From: Orbicella franksi
Lineage: Eukaryota
Assembly: GCA_964199315.1 (NCBI GenBank)
Contig: OZ116702.1
Span: forward strand, 32,116,001 to 32,180,000
Length of the DNA: 64,000 nt
Reading direction: 5' to 3'
Below, one piece after another: positions 24,501 to 36,850 of this stretch. Every line of letters starts with the position of its first letter. Position 1 is the stretch's first letter. The notes beneath the pieces are model-generated. The model saw nothing but the letters and a program-made list of their open reading frames with translations, ran no database searches and was not told the DNA's origin. The translations under genes were made by a program, and so were the position numbers.

Positions 24501-27500
24501 ATCAGTTACGCCGCTGTTTAAAAAAAATCATTTATCTAAAGAGAGTCTTAAGTCCGTCACGATAATTACTACTGAAAATGAAGCAGATGCAAGGATTTAT
24601 GACACAATTTATGTGAATCATAAAAAAGGCAACATGAAAAAAGTATCGGAAGCTACAAGACCCTATGTCCGATGCAAACAAGGAGAGTAACCAATCGATA
24701 GAGAAGGGCAGCCAGCATACTGCAAACATTAACACAATAGCAATGGCCATCTTTAACACATTTCGCTCCCTTTGCTGACGTTGTTGTCCAACGCTGGCCG
24801 ATTGCTGTCCTGGAGTCTTTTGTGATTTGAGCTTTGCATAGATGATAATGTAAAGTATGGTTATCAACAGAAAAGCGATGACAAGTAATATAATCATTGC
24901 CAAGAAGTAATTCTCGAAGGACAAGAATTCTCCAAAGACTTCGTTCCAACGGAGCCCACACGCCAACCCTTCTGGATATTGAACAAGTTGGAAGGCGAAG
25001 AGAAATGGGGAAAATAAAGCCAACGCGACGATCCAAGTGGCGAGAATGAAGAACGGGCACAGCTTTGAACTGATGAGTGGAGAACGGAGGGGATATACTA
25101 CTGCTCCAAGTCGATCCACTGCTATCAGAACCAGGCTCTGAACAGACACAGCAAAGGAGACATATGGTAAGTAGTAAGTCAGCTTACATAAGACATGGTC
25201 AAGAAGACCACCGATCAGCCAGGATTTTATGTAGAGCCATTGAATATTCCAAGGAATCCTGAAAATCGCAAACAGCAGATCGGACATGGCCATGTTTACG
25301 ATTAAAAAGTTGATGGGTTTTCTCATGGTTTTCGTCCTGTAGACAATTATTCCGATGACGGTGTTCCCAGCAAGCGAAACAAGAACAATCAGGCAATAAG
25401 TAGAAGTTTTTCCGATTTTTTCTGCTGTAGGATTCCAGTAGCAGATCGATGGCTGTGTTCCATTCATCGTTGAGTTCAAGTTTTCCGACATTGTCGTTCA
25501 GTTTCCTTTTCCGCTCTTACGCTCACAAATGAGTTTTCTTCTGATTTGTTCTCTTATTAAGGTCACTCTATTTATGTGCTACTGAAGCTAGAATAAATGT
25601 TTCGCTTCTTGTTGTTATTTGCGCGAAAGCATATACGGTATGGCAATGTCCACAATCTAATGATAGGCAGATCCACTGCCTTTTTATAAGTCTTGCGACA
25701 ATAATTAGGCTTGTTATTTCATGCGCAGCTCGCCACCCGAAAGTGGCCTATCAGCTTGTGCCACAAATTGCTTTTAAATTTTTATGTTTTCCTTAAATTT
25801 CACTGCTGCACCAGGTGGAGTACCGACAGCTGTTTTCCTTTTCTCACTTTACTCTGTAGTCTATGATAAACAGTCCTCCATCAAATTTTTCATCACGACA
25901 AGTCATGGAGAACACAGGATTTTCAACACCTGAGCTCAATTCAATTATCCTAATGCCCGAGCAGAGACTGCTTATTGGAGTTTAAAGTTAGAAATTTTAA
26001 TATCCAGTATACTGACATCGTAAACCGCCAAATCATCTGCTGCCCCGCAAATGAGTTTATTCTGCAGAGACATGAAGTTTTCTCGCGTCAGTATTATCTC
26101 AAGTCAGTCTCTTAACAAAGAGGCTCCTTCTGTGCAAACCGTGCATTGCGTATCAATTCTTCAACGGCTGATATCCATTGAATCACATTAAAACTTGAGT
26201 TCTATAAGTTTCTATAAAAAGTTTTTGTACCTGTCTACATAAAGAGAAAGATCAGGGTAGAGACGGGAGACTTAGGAGAGGGCGTTTAGTTTGTTTTCTT
26301 AAAATAAACAAGAGAATAAAAAGTTTAAATATTGATGTCGAACAAAGAACTGCCTAATTGCTTTCTTATTTATCCGTTTTCTTAGAACTCCAACCAGTTC
26401 CTAGGGGTAGGATGACTGGGGCAGCTTAACCCGTATGTGCCTTTCATGATTGCTTTGGATTTTACCCGGCGAAATTTGTGTTTCATTTCATATCAGTTAC
26501 CTCTCCGGCTCATCATATTATTTTTCATACGACTCGCTAAGACTGCTAAGGAGAAAGAACTACTCTATTTATATCCTACTAAAACCTCGCGGTTTCAGAT
26601 TTCTCGCTCTAAGAGTGCATGTCAAACATACTTCTGAAATTCACTGTTTTGCCGGTTTTGCGAGAATTTCTGGCCTAACATGAAATGTTGTAAAGTATAT
26701 ATTTCTGGTCTAAGACGATCATGTCATAGTTTAAGTCGCTCAAGAACACCTGCAAGATTTTTAATGATCTCGTGGTATAAATTGCTTTATCGTAAAGACT
26801 GTTTTCACATTATTATCTTGCCCTTTTTTTAACAATCTGATTGTTTGTTGCAGCTTGAGCTTTTAGCATTTGAATTTACTTCCTTTATTTCTACGTTGGT
26901 CTTATTGCAATGCAAGTCAGGAAAAGCAGGTCTGATAAAGAGGATTCAACGCAAATTAAAAGCGCTGTAAAATGTCTTAAATTCGTTCAGTATTAGTTCT
27001 CCCATCCTTTAGACATAATTCAATACCAAGCGTGATCAACTTTTTCTGTGTCTCAAGAACATGTAAATGAAAAGCGCCGCTATAATTATCATAATACAGA
27101 AAATGCTCGCCCATCTTAACTTGTAAACAACTGGTTGAGGTAAATGTCGAATCAAGTTAAAACGAAGACTCGAAGCATAACCATTATTTTATACTATTCA
27201 TTCGTGATATCAAAATATCATTTGAATTGTGTTTTATGTCTGTAAGCAGCCGTTAAAGCTTCTAGCTAGAAGACTGCGCACACCGGGTCAGACTGGAACC
27301 CGTCTACGTTCTACGGCTTCTATGTTCAGTATCTGTAATAGTCTATGTTCTTATCTTCTATGTTGTTCAGGTTCACTAAGTAACGTGAAAGGATTTGTAT
27401 ATCTTTCCTGTTAGCTTTTTCTTTGGAGTAATATTTCTTTTTCACTCAATAATATCCCAGTTAGAGTTTTATGTTGTATTTAAGGCAGGTGTCTGCAGCA

Positions 27501-28000
27501 TGGAAAATATTTGCGTTTCCACGCGATAACATCGTGCAAATGCATCCTGTTTATGCTTCCCACACAGTCAACAGACAGTGAGTTAATTAGGCGTCAGTTT
27601 ATAGATATTTTTCTTTTCTGAGGAAACTAAGTGAACAAAAGCCTCACCGCCTGTATAATTTTAAGCTGACGTCTGATAAAATACTTACATATCAGAGAGT
27701 AGTTACCTAAATTTCAATATTGCAGAATATATAATTTCAATTCATCTGTGTTCACAATAAAACTACTGTCACCTGAATTTTTAGCGTAAAACATTATTTA
27801 TTTTAATGTTCTTACTTTTGTTCTAAATTTTCTCTGCCTATCTTTTCAATGTAGCTCTAAGATAATAAACTACTGAATATATTGGCTTTATGATTTTGTT
27901 TTATTAAACTCTAGCATACATCACTGACAGTTTAACTAGCAATTACGTGCTCCTCTTAGTAAGAAAAATCGTTCCTCATTTGTTTTGATAACGCCAACCG
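21576..28000. repeat. Segmental tandem duplication unit C (GPCR4 plus flanks)
   Basis: Colinear with 6536..12168; 27118-27990 also matches 20575-21420. Confidence 0.92.
24532..25491 (-). CDS. Intronless class A GPCR, copy G4 (319 aa)
   Basis: Intact ORF; DRL in place of DRF, CWLP, NPCIC; roughly 83% identical to G1 by hand count. Confidence 0.95.
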   Translation of the reverse strand: MSENLNSTMNGTQPSICYWNPTAEKIGKTSTYCLIVLVSLAGNTVIGIIVYRTKTMRKPINFLIVNMAMSDLLFAIFRIPWNIQWLYIKSWLIGGLLDHVLCKLTYYLPYVSFAVSVQSLVLIAVDRLGAVVYPLRSPLISSKLCPFFILATWIVALALFSPFLFAFQLVQYPEGLACGLRWNEVFGEFLSFENYFLAMIILLVIAFLLITILYIIIYAKLKSQKTPGQQSASVGQQRQQRERNVLKMAIAIVLMFAVCWLPFSIDWLLSLFASDIGSCSFRYFFHVAFFMIHINCVINPCICFIFSSNYRDGLKTLFR

Positions 28001-31000
28001 TGTAAATTATTGTCATTTTAAGTCATGTCACACTCTCCTTTCAATTCAACAGCCTTATTCAGGAGGCCGCAAAATATTATTGATAATACAGAGTCTTGCA
28101 CCTGTTTAGAATTAGCCTCTGAAGCTGGTGGGATTTTGCGCGCATGTGCTTTGTTTTGGCGGCGGAGGCTCAAAAGAAATAAAACCTCTAAAGTTCGATG
28201 AAGTACCCTTTAAAAACATGCTTGCCACAAAAAAGTCAAGTCACGTAACCAAATAACTGACACACTAAACTGCTCCCTGAATAGTGTTATGAAAAGTCAG
28301 AAAGTTTGATTGCTATAGATGGAATATTATTTAAGTTTGAAATCAGCGGAGGCACTTCAAGCCCACACCGACCCCTCCCACGTGCTAAAACGGGTTAATA
28401 AAATAATAAGCAAGTGTTGATCAGTACATAGTCCCAAATAAAATATGTGGAAAAAGACTGTGTGTGTGTAAATTGTTTTGTGGTCATTCATGCACTCGAA
28501 TGGCCGCTGACAAACCCAACAAACGTAGGCATTATAACTTTGAGAATGTGTTCTCAGCTTTTCACAAATTCACAAAACAAGACCTTTTTTGTGAATTTAT
28601 TGGAATATATAGTCATCGGGAACACGATCCAAAAACACAAATGTTTAAATTTACTTACAGCCTGCGTAACGAGCGTTCCGGCATAACAAAAGCTCTCCTG
28701 CATTCTGACCTCGCGCGAATTGGAACGATAGCAAAAAAATTCCTGCTTTGTCTATTAATTTGCTCTCGTTCCAAGTTGCGTACTTACAAAATGCGGAAGA
28801 CGCCCTTTGTACGAGAGCGCTTGCAATGCAGGTTAGCTTAGGAGATCGCCCCTGAAAACTATAATTTGAGTGCTCAGTGACAAGTTGTCAATCAATAGTG
28901 AAATGAACTCAGCCGTGAAAATCAGAGGGCGTTTTTCAGGATCGACGGGTTTTCGGGCAGACGTTCCGTCTCTAACCCCACTACCTCCTGCTTCGTCGAT
29001 CTCTTTGCTCTCGCATTCCGAGTTAACTTAAGCCTCCCTATCAAAGCGAGGCCTGGTGCAACCCAATTCATATGAAAATGAGTTAATAAATAAATAAATA
29101 AAATCCTTAATTTAAAACACGATTATCGTTTAAGCACTACATGCTTGAGGGTTTGATTTGCATGTGAATGAAATCTTATTTTCATATGAAAGGATGGGCA
29201 ACAAGACTCGCTTTGAGAAAGAAATGTCGACTTTCCGAAAAGCGAATCATTCAACCAAAAATTCCGGAACTTCAGGGAGGAAAGTCACATATAACGGTAA
29301 TTCACGGTAAAAATTTTGCGAAAAAATTCGTTGCCTTACCTCGCAAGGTTGTGCTCTTTTCCGGAAATTTCGCAAAATGCCGTTCATTCGTCACCGGAAA
29401 TTTCCGGAAATTCAAACCGGAATCTTTTGTTGAATGGGTTTTCGCATAAGAATAGTACTTATTTTTGAGGAAACAATTGACTCAATAGCATAGAGCTGCT
29501 TGTGAAACACTCAGAGAACACAATCATTTTCCAGCTGCGAGCTGAATTGTACAGTCAAACCAACCAGAAGTAATATTTGCTTGGTGGTACTCTGTCACAA
29601 CCGGCTAGCAATCCAAATTTGTTAAACATGTTAAAATTGCTCGCGTAGGCTTCCACTCGAGTTGCAAGTCAAATAAACAAATTGTGTGAAATAGTTCTAA
29701 CCGTAAGCTCTAAGGAGGCTGCTCTTCTGTACCAAACTGCAGCAAACTTGCTGAAAGATACAGTTTCCATTCCTACGAGTTGCAATCATCATCTTCTCCG
29801 AATGAGCTGCTTGGTGAGTGTGACTGAAGTTGTATTTGTCAAGGTAGCAAAGTCGATCGAGTTAATGTAAATGAAACCCTACGGTTTCCTGCTGTACATA
29901 AACTGAAAATTTACGAAAGACCAAGAATTGCGCGCAAGTTTATTCTATTGTCTGCGGAGCCTCAAAAGAAATAAAAACCTCTAAAGTTCGATGAAACGCC
30001 CACTGAAAACACGTTTGCCACAAAAACGTCAAGTCACATGACCAAATAATTGATACACCAAAATGCTCCCTGAGTAGTTTTTTCCAAAAGTTATAAAGTT
30101 CGACCTCTATAGCTTAAATATTATTTAAGTAACAAAAGTTTGAAAAGATAGCAAGCAATTTGTGCACACACCCCTCCCACCTACTAAAACGCGTGAAGTG
30201 TTGATCATTCCGTGGTCCCAAATGAAATATGTGGAAAAGGACCGTGCGTAAAATGTTTTTGTGGTCATTCATTGCACTCGAATGGGCGTTGACAAACCCA
30301 ACAAATGTCGCATTATAACTTTGAGGATGTGTTCTGAGCTTTCCACAAATTAATGACAACAAATGAGTTTTCTTTCGTGAATTTTCAAATTTACCTGTGG
30401 AAGCTGATACCGTTAAAAATTAAGCCGGATTTGAAAGTATTCTCCGTTTTTGACTCAGCGAAAGTTTCAATTAGCAAGGATGTATTTTAACAGAAGTTAG
30501 ATGACTAGATGTTCCATGTATTCTGGAATTTAGAGACAGCTAAGATGTCCTAAGGCAATTTCCACTTGGCTTGTGGCAAAGAGGTGAAGATGATAAACGT
30601 CCATCAGAACTTAATGTTTTTCAGGACTGTTGGCTCTGAAAGTCGACTGTATGATTGCTAAGAAACCGCTGTAATCCTTAAACATAGTGAAAATTGCATT
30701 AAGTACGAAGTTCGTATATAAATCATTACATATGCCTTGTAAGGTTAATAACTTCAGAATTCGGATAAATGTTCACATATCCCGTAGCGGTGTCCCAGGC
30801 CGTCACAGGGATGTCAGCGGGATATGAGAATCTGGCTTTGGTCTCCTCTCTGATTGGCAGCCGCGGTTTCCCGCTGTTTTCTTCTACTGTCTCCAGGTCA
30901 AGGGAAAACCTTTTTTATAAAATAAATACACATTGGCAACATCGTTCTAACAGAAAACAAAATACGAAAACTAGGTTGAGGTTGTAAGGGCGTTTAAAGA

Positions 31001-31194
31001 GGAGTCGCAGGTTCTGGACATATTTGACCTCGCCTTTGACATGACATGACGTTGGATCAAAGTTGTACAAAGTCGTGGTGTCTTTGAACGCCTTTCACAC
31101 GCATCAAATTTGGAGTCAAAGTTATTGACATCTTTGACCTCGCCTTTGACAGGGAACAAATTTATGGCAAGTCCATAATCATGTGTACTGAAGG

Positions 31195-31425
31195 CATCTG
31201 CGGTCGAATGTCAACCGATACCCTCGATCGATTTTGGATCGACAATTTAGCGGCACCTCGGTTGACATCTCGATCGACACTGCATCGACATCTCGTTCAG
31301 CGACATCTCGGTCGACAGTCCACTAATTTTCGATCAATGCATATGAGTCGGTCGACACTCGGCCCACTATTGACCGACTGTTGATCGAGTGTCGACCAAG
31401 TATCGATTGGGATGTCGATCGATAT
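31195..31425. repeat. TCGA-rich low-complexity repeat element (copy at about 39775-40005)
   Basis: Dense, irregular tcgatcgac / gtcgac motifs with no fixed period. Confidence 0.7.
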
Positions 31426-32754
31426 TTGGTTTCTCCTTTGCCGTGCGTCAAAAGTTTGGACCAAAGCTATAATCATATTTGACCTCGTCTTTAACGAATA
31501 TCAAATATACAGTAAATCCAATTTTTGGGGGATCTACCCATCCCCTGGAGTGCTGCATGAGTATGCTGCACATCAATTCCTTCCTTCCTCTCAGGTTTAT
31601 AACTCAACGAACCTTTCTGGTAATAATCAATGGCGCTAAGCCACGAGTGCGTAAGGGTTGCCTTCGACTGTGCCCGACTTTGCCATCTCCTTAACCGCGC
31701 GAGTGGGAAGATGACAGGCACAGCCCAGCCCATACGGAAAACTGACTTGACGGCTTGGACGGAGTAAACCAGCTGAACTTTGTCGAGTATCATTGTCAGA
31801 TAAAACACTTGTCTTTATTGTTGTCCTAGAATTTCTAGTTTTTTTAGACATTTATCTGTTAGACTAAATGAGTAGTGTTATGTAAGAAGGCACTAAGTTT
31901 TGCTAACCGTCAAATAAGGGTTATTTAGACTGTCAACAGGGAAACGGGAAAATTTAGTTTGGCGGTCCACCCTCAGTGTTTTTTTCGTTTGAATCATCTG
32001 ACAGAGTAGAGTGACATAATTTGGCTATCTGCAATACTTGGACCCCCAGTATTGTGGAAATCACGGGCCAGACAAATTCTAAATCATTGCCTTTTAAAGG
32101 GGGTTCTTTTTAATTACCAATTCATCATGACTTTGTCGCCAAGGAAGATTTCTAACCGTCATATTTTGGAAACCAGACCTCTTACCGATAAGCTTTTTTG
32201 CACAGGTTTGTTCCATAGAAGACTTCTGCAAAAGTTTCAAATCACAGCCATATTTGACCAGTCATGTGTCCAGAATGGTAAGCACCCTGAAACTTAAAAG
32301 GCATCTAAATCCGAAGCTTTAAATCAGTGTCAATACATTAAGAACGTCCAGGTGCTTAATGCTACGGATGGGTTTTATGAAACTCGCAATATCATTAAAG
32401 TTATCAGGTAATAAACCCCCGTATTAAGACTTTCTACAATAGCTTTCCTCTTTAACGGGTAAACAGTAATTCCATACGTACGGTTACAAAGAAGGATAAA
32501 TTATTTCTGATTCATAAGAAAAGTCAGAACTCTTCCTCTTTTCTTCCAAAATTCTAAACGCGCGGCTTAGGACTGGCACTAGTTACGCACGCGAAATCAC
32601 ATTTTTTCACAGCAAATGTTCCCTCATATAAGTTTACCGTTTAGCACTGCAAAACGCTCCAAAATGGCTTTCCCAATTCCTCTAAATATCGCCTTCAGTA
32701 ATCCCTTAGCAACTGCTCTAAATCTGTAGTTAAGAAGGCCCCCTTAAACGCATG

Positions 32755-34280
32755 TTAAAAATGTTTCTTCAATTTCAAAGAACAGTTTTCTCCAAATGTG
32801 TAAGTTCTACTACTGCGCATGCCCACACCAACCGCTGTCCTACTAAAGCTGCTTTCAGACAACACAAGAAAGTCACACTCGGCTAACATGAAGTGGTCAT
32901 GTAAAACTCCCATCATACTCTCATCGGAAGGCGGTTTTTCACCTTTTTTGAAGATATCTAAATGTTCTGGCTTATATTCTGCGGTGATAACCTTTTCTGC
33001 AAAGTGTTTTCTCGCATAATCTTTCACCAGGAGACTGTCCGCCGCTAGAAACCACCGCGCATGTTTTCTACCACCAAGATTGAATAGTTTTCGTTCGACT
33101 TTCGTGGCACACCAGAAATATTTTTGAAAATCAGACTCAGAAACTCTTGTATGATTTCTCCCGAACGGTTTATCCCCTAGTCGAATATGAATTCCTATGA
33201 CGAAGGTGCTGTTTTTACAAAGCTTTTTTCTCGTGTTTTGTAAAGCGTTCTGCAAGCGAGGAGTTGTGTGGAACAGGAAATCAAACGCGCAGCCTATCAT
33301 TGCGTACCGCTGGGAGCCTGGTAACAGGGGGATGATTTCCATGTCTTGCGCTCGTTGCATCAGATCTTTGTTCTTCTGCATTACGCCTTCCGCAAAATAT
33401 AAAATCGATGTTACAATTTCCACCGGTTTATCGAAATAAACCTTGAAATTTTCTTTTTTCACCAAATTCGCCACTGCTGAAGTGTTTTTTGTTAACCAAC
33501 CGTCGAGAGCTTTGTTTGTATGACCACCAGTTCTCCAGTAATGTTTGCGTGTTTCCAAAAGTGGAATCTGAAAAGTCCAATTGATATTCTTTGGCGTCAG
33601 AAAGCTTTCTAACGGTTTGGGTGCTTTCCAATGAATCAAAAACGCCCGATCAGTGAGAATTGCCAAGTAAAACAACGAGACCATTGCGTAAACTCGGTTG
33701 CCGTAACCACAACAGCCTTTGTTTGTCCAAGAACAGGAGTAAACGAGAAATTTCGCTTCTCGCTTGTTGTTGATGATGTCTTGGTGCAGAGCTTGATATT
33801 TTGACTGCCATACTTTGCCACAGATATCTGGAGAACTGTAAAGCTTTTGAGTTTGCAATGTAGTTTGTGGTCCCTCCTTCGTGGCGCTTACAACTCTTTT
33901 ATTCGTAGTTTTAGCTGCAATAAACAGAGAAGCACCCGTCATCACGAGGAATTATGGAGTAATATATCAAATAATAAATATAATATAACAAATTCCTCAA
34001 GGAACATCTTTCGTTTTTTTTTTTTTTTTTTTTAAGAACTGTGTTAAAACAAGACGTAGTGACATACATTCTTATTTTATTAGAGGTAGCACGAATCTTT
34101 TTTTCGAGCAAAAGAGAGACTGTTCGCAGTCTATTGGACATTTGGCTTACCTGGCACAATGATAGTTGCTTTTTTCACTATTTCTTCTTGATACTTAAAT
34201 ATTCCTGTAAAAAGTACCATTGCAATGACTAATATGGCAAGAATGGGCCATCTGAGCATGCGACAAAGACGACGTGACAT
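32755..34280 (-). CDS. Fucosyltransferase-like type II membrane protein, paralog 2 (about 429 aa)
   Basis: complement(join(32755..33914,34151..34280)), phase-1 intron (CCA G|gtaagc ... tgcag|CT AAA). TM in exon 1. Motifs GCCGYGNR, IGIHIRLGD (motif I), WFLAADS (motif II), DHFMLAECDFLVLSESSFS (motif III) of the alpha2/alpha6/O-fucosyltransferase superfamily. An upstream ATG at 34325 is possible. Confidence 0.88.
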
Positions 34281-36391
34281 CGCTGCTTTGTGGTTGGGAC
34301 AGTAAGGGCTCAGCTTATGCCTCAAAAAGGAGAAAAAACCGGAATCATGCTAATGTTAATTTGGATAAAGAGAAATATGATAAAAGTAAAATATACCGTA
34401 AACTGCCGCTTAAAAGCCTTGGGCTTATACAACTTCGTAAGGGTTTTTAGATTGGCTTATAAACGGAGGGGCTTATATCCTAACAGGAATAAAATAAACG
34501 GTCCGCAATGCGTGCTTGAGGGCTTATGGCTAGTGTTTTACTTCGGGTGTCGTATTCTAGTCTTTCGAGTGGACAATTTCGTGCTAGGAACGTCCTTGAG
34601 CCTGCTGTTTTAAGAAGGGCTTTCCAAAAGTTACTCGAGAGTTTCCCAAAAGGTTGCTTGAGATTTCCCAAAAAATTGCTCAAAAGTTGTTCCAAAAATG
34701 TCAAAAGTTGCTTTTTGTAAAGACGTTGCTCAAAAATTGCCCTCCCCCAAAAATAAAAATAAAAATTGTTGCTCTCTTCCTTTATTTGATTTGATGCAAA
34801 GATATACACATTGTACAATAAAAGTAAGATTTCTAAGCATTTTTGTGCAATTTTGAGACGTAACCAGCGTTGTTAAATACCTTTGTCATCCATTAAAACC
34901 AAATTTAATGTATGATTAAAGCTACGCATCAATATTAATATTAATCTAGTAAAAATACTAGTAACCAATAAAATTGTTGTTGCTGTTGTCAAGACTTATA
35001 ACCATTTTCATGCAATTTAACTGCTGCAATCAGAGTTGCTAAACGCATGTAAACTTGTCCTTAACCTAAACCAACTTATGTTGTACCAGACTACCAGTAC
35101 ATAGAAATGCACGTCATTTTCAAGGCACTGATCGTCCGTCGTTTCTTTTCATCAGGTCTACAATACTCTGGTCCTTTTTCGTGCTTTTTGCAATAACTTT
35201 CTTTGATTAATATGTTTCTGGGATGCAATGTGCTTTATAACAGAGCTTTTCGCTTAGGACACGGTGTCCTCGCGTGCATCACATCTGAGTTTACCCGACA
35301 CCACAGTAAGACGCTGTCTTTTCAGCCCTTTGAAATCATCATTTTATTTGTAATAAAATATAAAAAAAATATGACCTTTATTTACCCTCGGCCGTGTTAC
35401 AGCACAAGTGCTAGTGGGGCCGAGCAAACAACTGAAATAAAGAATCCCAACTGGCCGGGGACAAACCAGTTGGCTCTCCCAAGCACTCACATCTGGATCG
35501 GCTGTGGCGCGGACATTTCACTTTTTTTAGCTGGATTTGCTTGCACTTTGCGTTCTCCTGAAATTGCCGCTTTCGCTGGAGTACTCAGTCTTGCTCTTGC
35601 CTCTGTGGTGACCCTCAAAGGATCTGAATGACTTTCTTCACCAGCTGAGACACTCGACTTTGAATTTTCTTTAAAAATTACCGCTGACCTAGCAGCCCGT
35701 GTGCATGCATCTTGCACCAACGATCTGCCCCAGGGGGAGGGGAGATCTGGTTCCTTTTTCACAGGAAATTCATAAATTGTCTACTAAAACATTGTGAAGT
35801 ATGGAAGCAAGGCCAATTTAAGACCAGGGGACTATACAGGCAAATGATCCCGGACCGCAAATGATCTCCAGACCGCAAATGATTCCCAAATTGGACCGCA
35901 AACGATCCCAGGACCGGAAATGATTCCACCGCAAAAAGTTAGGAATGGCGTGGACTTCATGAAAAGTCTATGGATGGATACATATTTCTTTAATTATCCT
36001 AGCTGAAAACAGGATAAGTACATCAGGTATAATTAAAGCAGCAATATAAAACATTAAGCAGACTGCGCAAAATACCAAATTGACATTTGTTGACTGTATA
36101 AATTTTTCGTTTGGGAAACGCACCGTAAAAATAAACATGAACCCTCTGCTATCTAATTAACCACTTACAACTTTTCCCTGTATACTTCTTATAACTGCGT
36201 CCTTGGTAGACAGGAGCTTCTATGAAAGTGCACAAGAGTTCTTCGTGCGAGTTTCCCCAGTGTTCTTTAGATAGATTCATAAATGATTTATCTATCTTGA
36301 ATGCAGTACGAGTGGAGCTGTTGCTTTTGCTCGTGCAATTTTCTTTTTACTGTCAATAATCTCTTCTCTGCCGTAGGCTGCGCGAAAATGC

Positions 36392-36850
36392 ATGTCAATT
36401 TGTAAAAACGTGTCACAACGTATTGCGGTGCTTAAGAAGATTAAGCGTAACCTGCCTCTCGCTGAGCGTAAGCTTTATTTCAACGCCTTGATCAAGCCGA
36501 TAATGTTGTATGGCTCATGTGCATGGTGCACTGCGTCAGAAGGGAACGTTAACCGCGTATCCAAGCTGCAAAAGCGAGCAGCTCGAGTAATCTTGGATGC
36601 GGATATCGGTGAAAGAAGCGAGATCCTTCTCAGACAACTTGATTGGCTGCCACTTAAGGAAGAATTAAACCTTGAAAGGACTAGTTTAATATTTAGGCGC
36701 ATCAAAGATGAAAATAATTGTCCGAGCTATATAACAGGACTTTTAACGAGAAACTCAGACCGACACACCAGAACCAGTCGCTATGGAAAATATAACTTAG
36801 TGTGCCCCTCCTATAACAGAGAAACGGAAGGGGGGCGAACTTTAGAAAGA
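36392..36850 (+). mobile_element. 5'-truncated LINE (L2/CR1-like) ORF2 C-terminal fragment
   Basis: Translation ICKNVSQRIAVLKKIK..LYFNALIKPIMLYGSCAW..LQKRAARVIL..LDWLPL..CPSYI is typical of the post-RT region of CR1/L2 elements. Confidence 0.85.

Noticed and set aside
31195-31425. CRISPR-like or regular array in the TCGA-rich region and the 11-mer repeat
   Set aside because: No constant repeat with unique spacers; eukaryotic context.
31020-31500. Repeated TTTGACCTCGCCTTTGAC motif as nuclear-receptor sites
   Set aside because: Lies within a degenerate repeat-like segment; no evidence for regulatory function.
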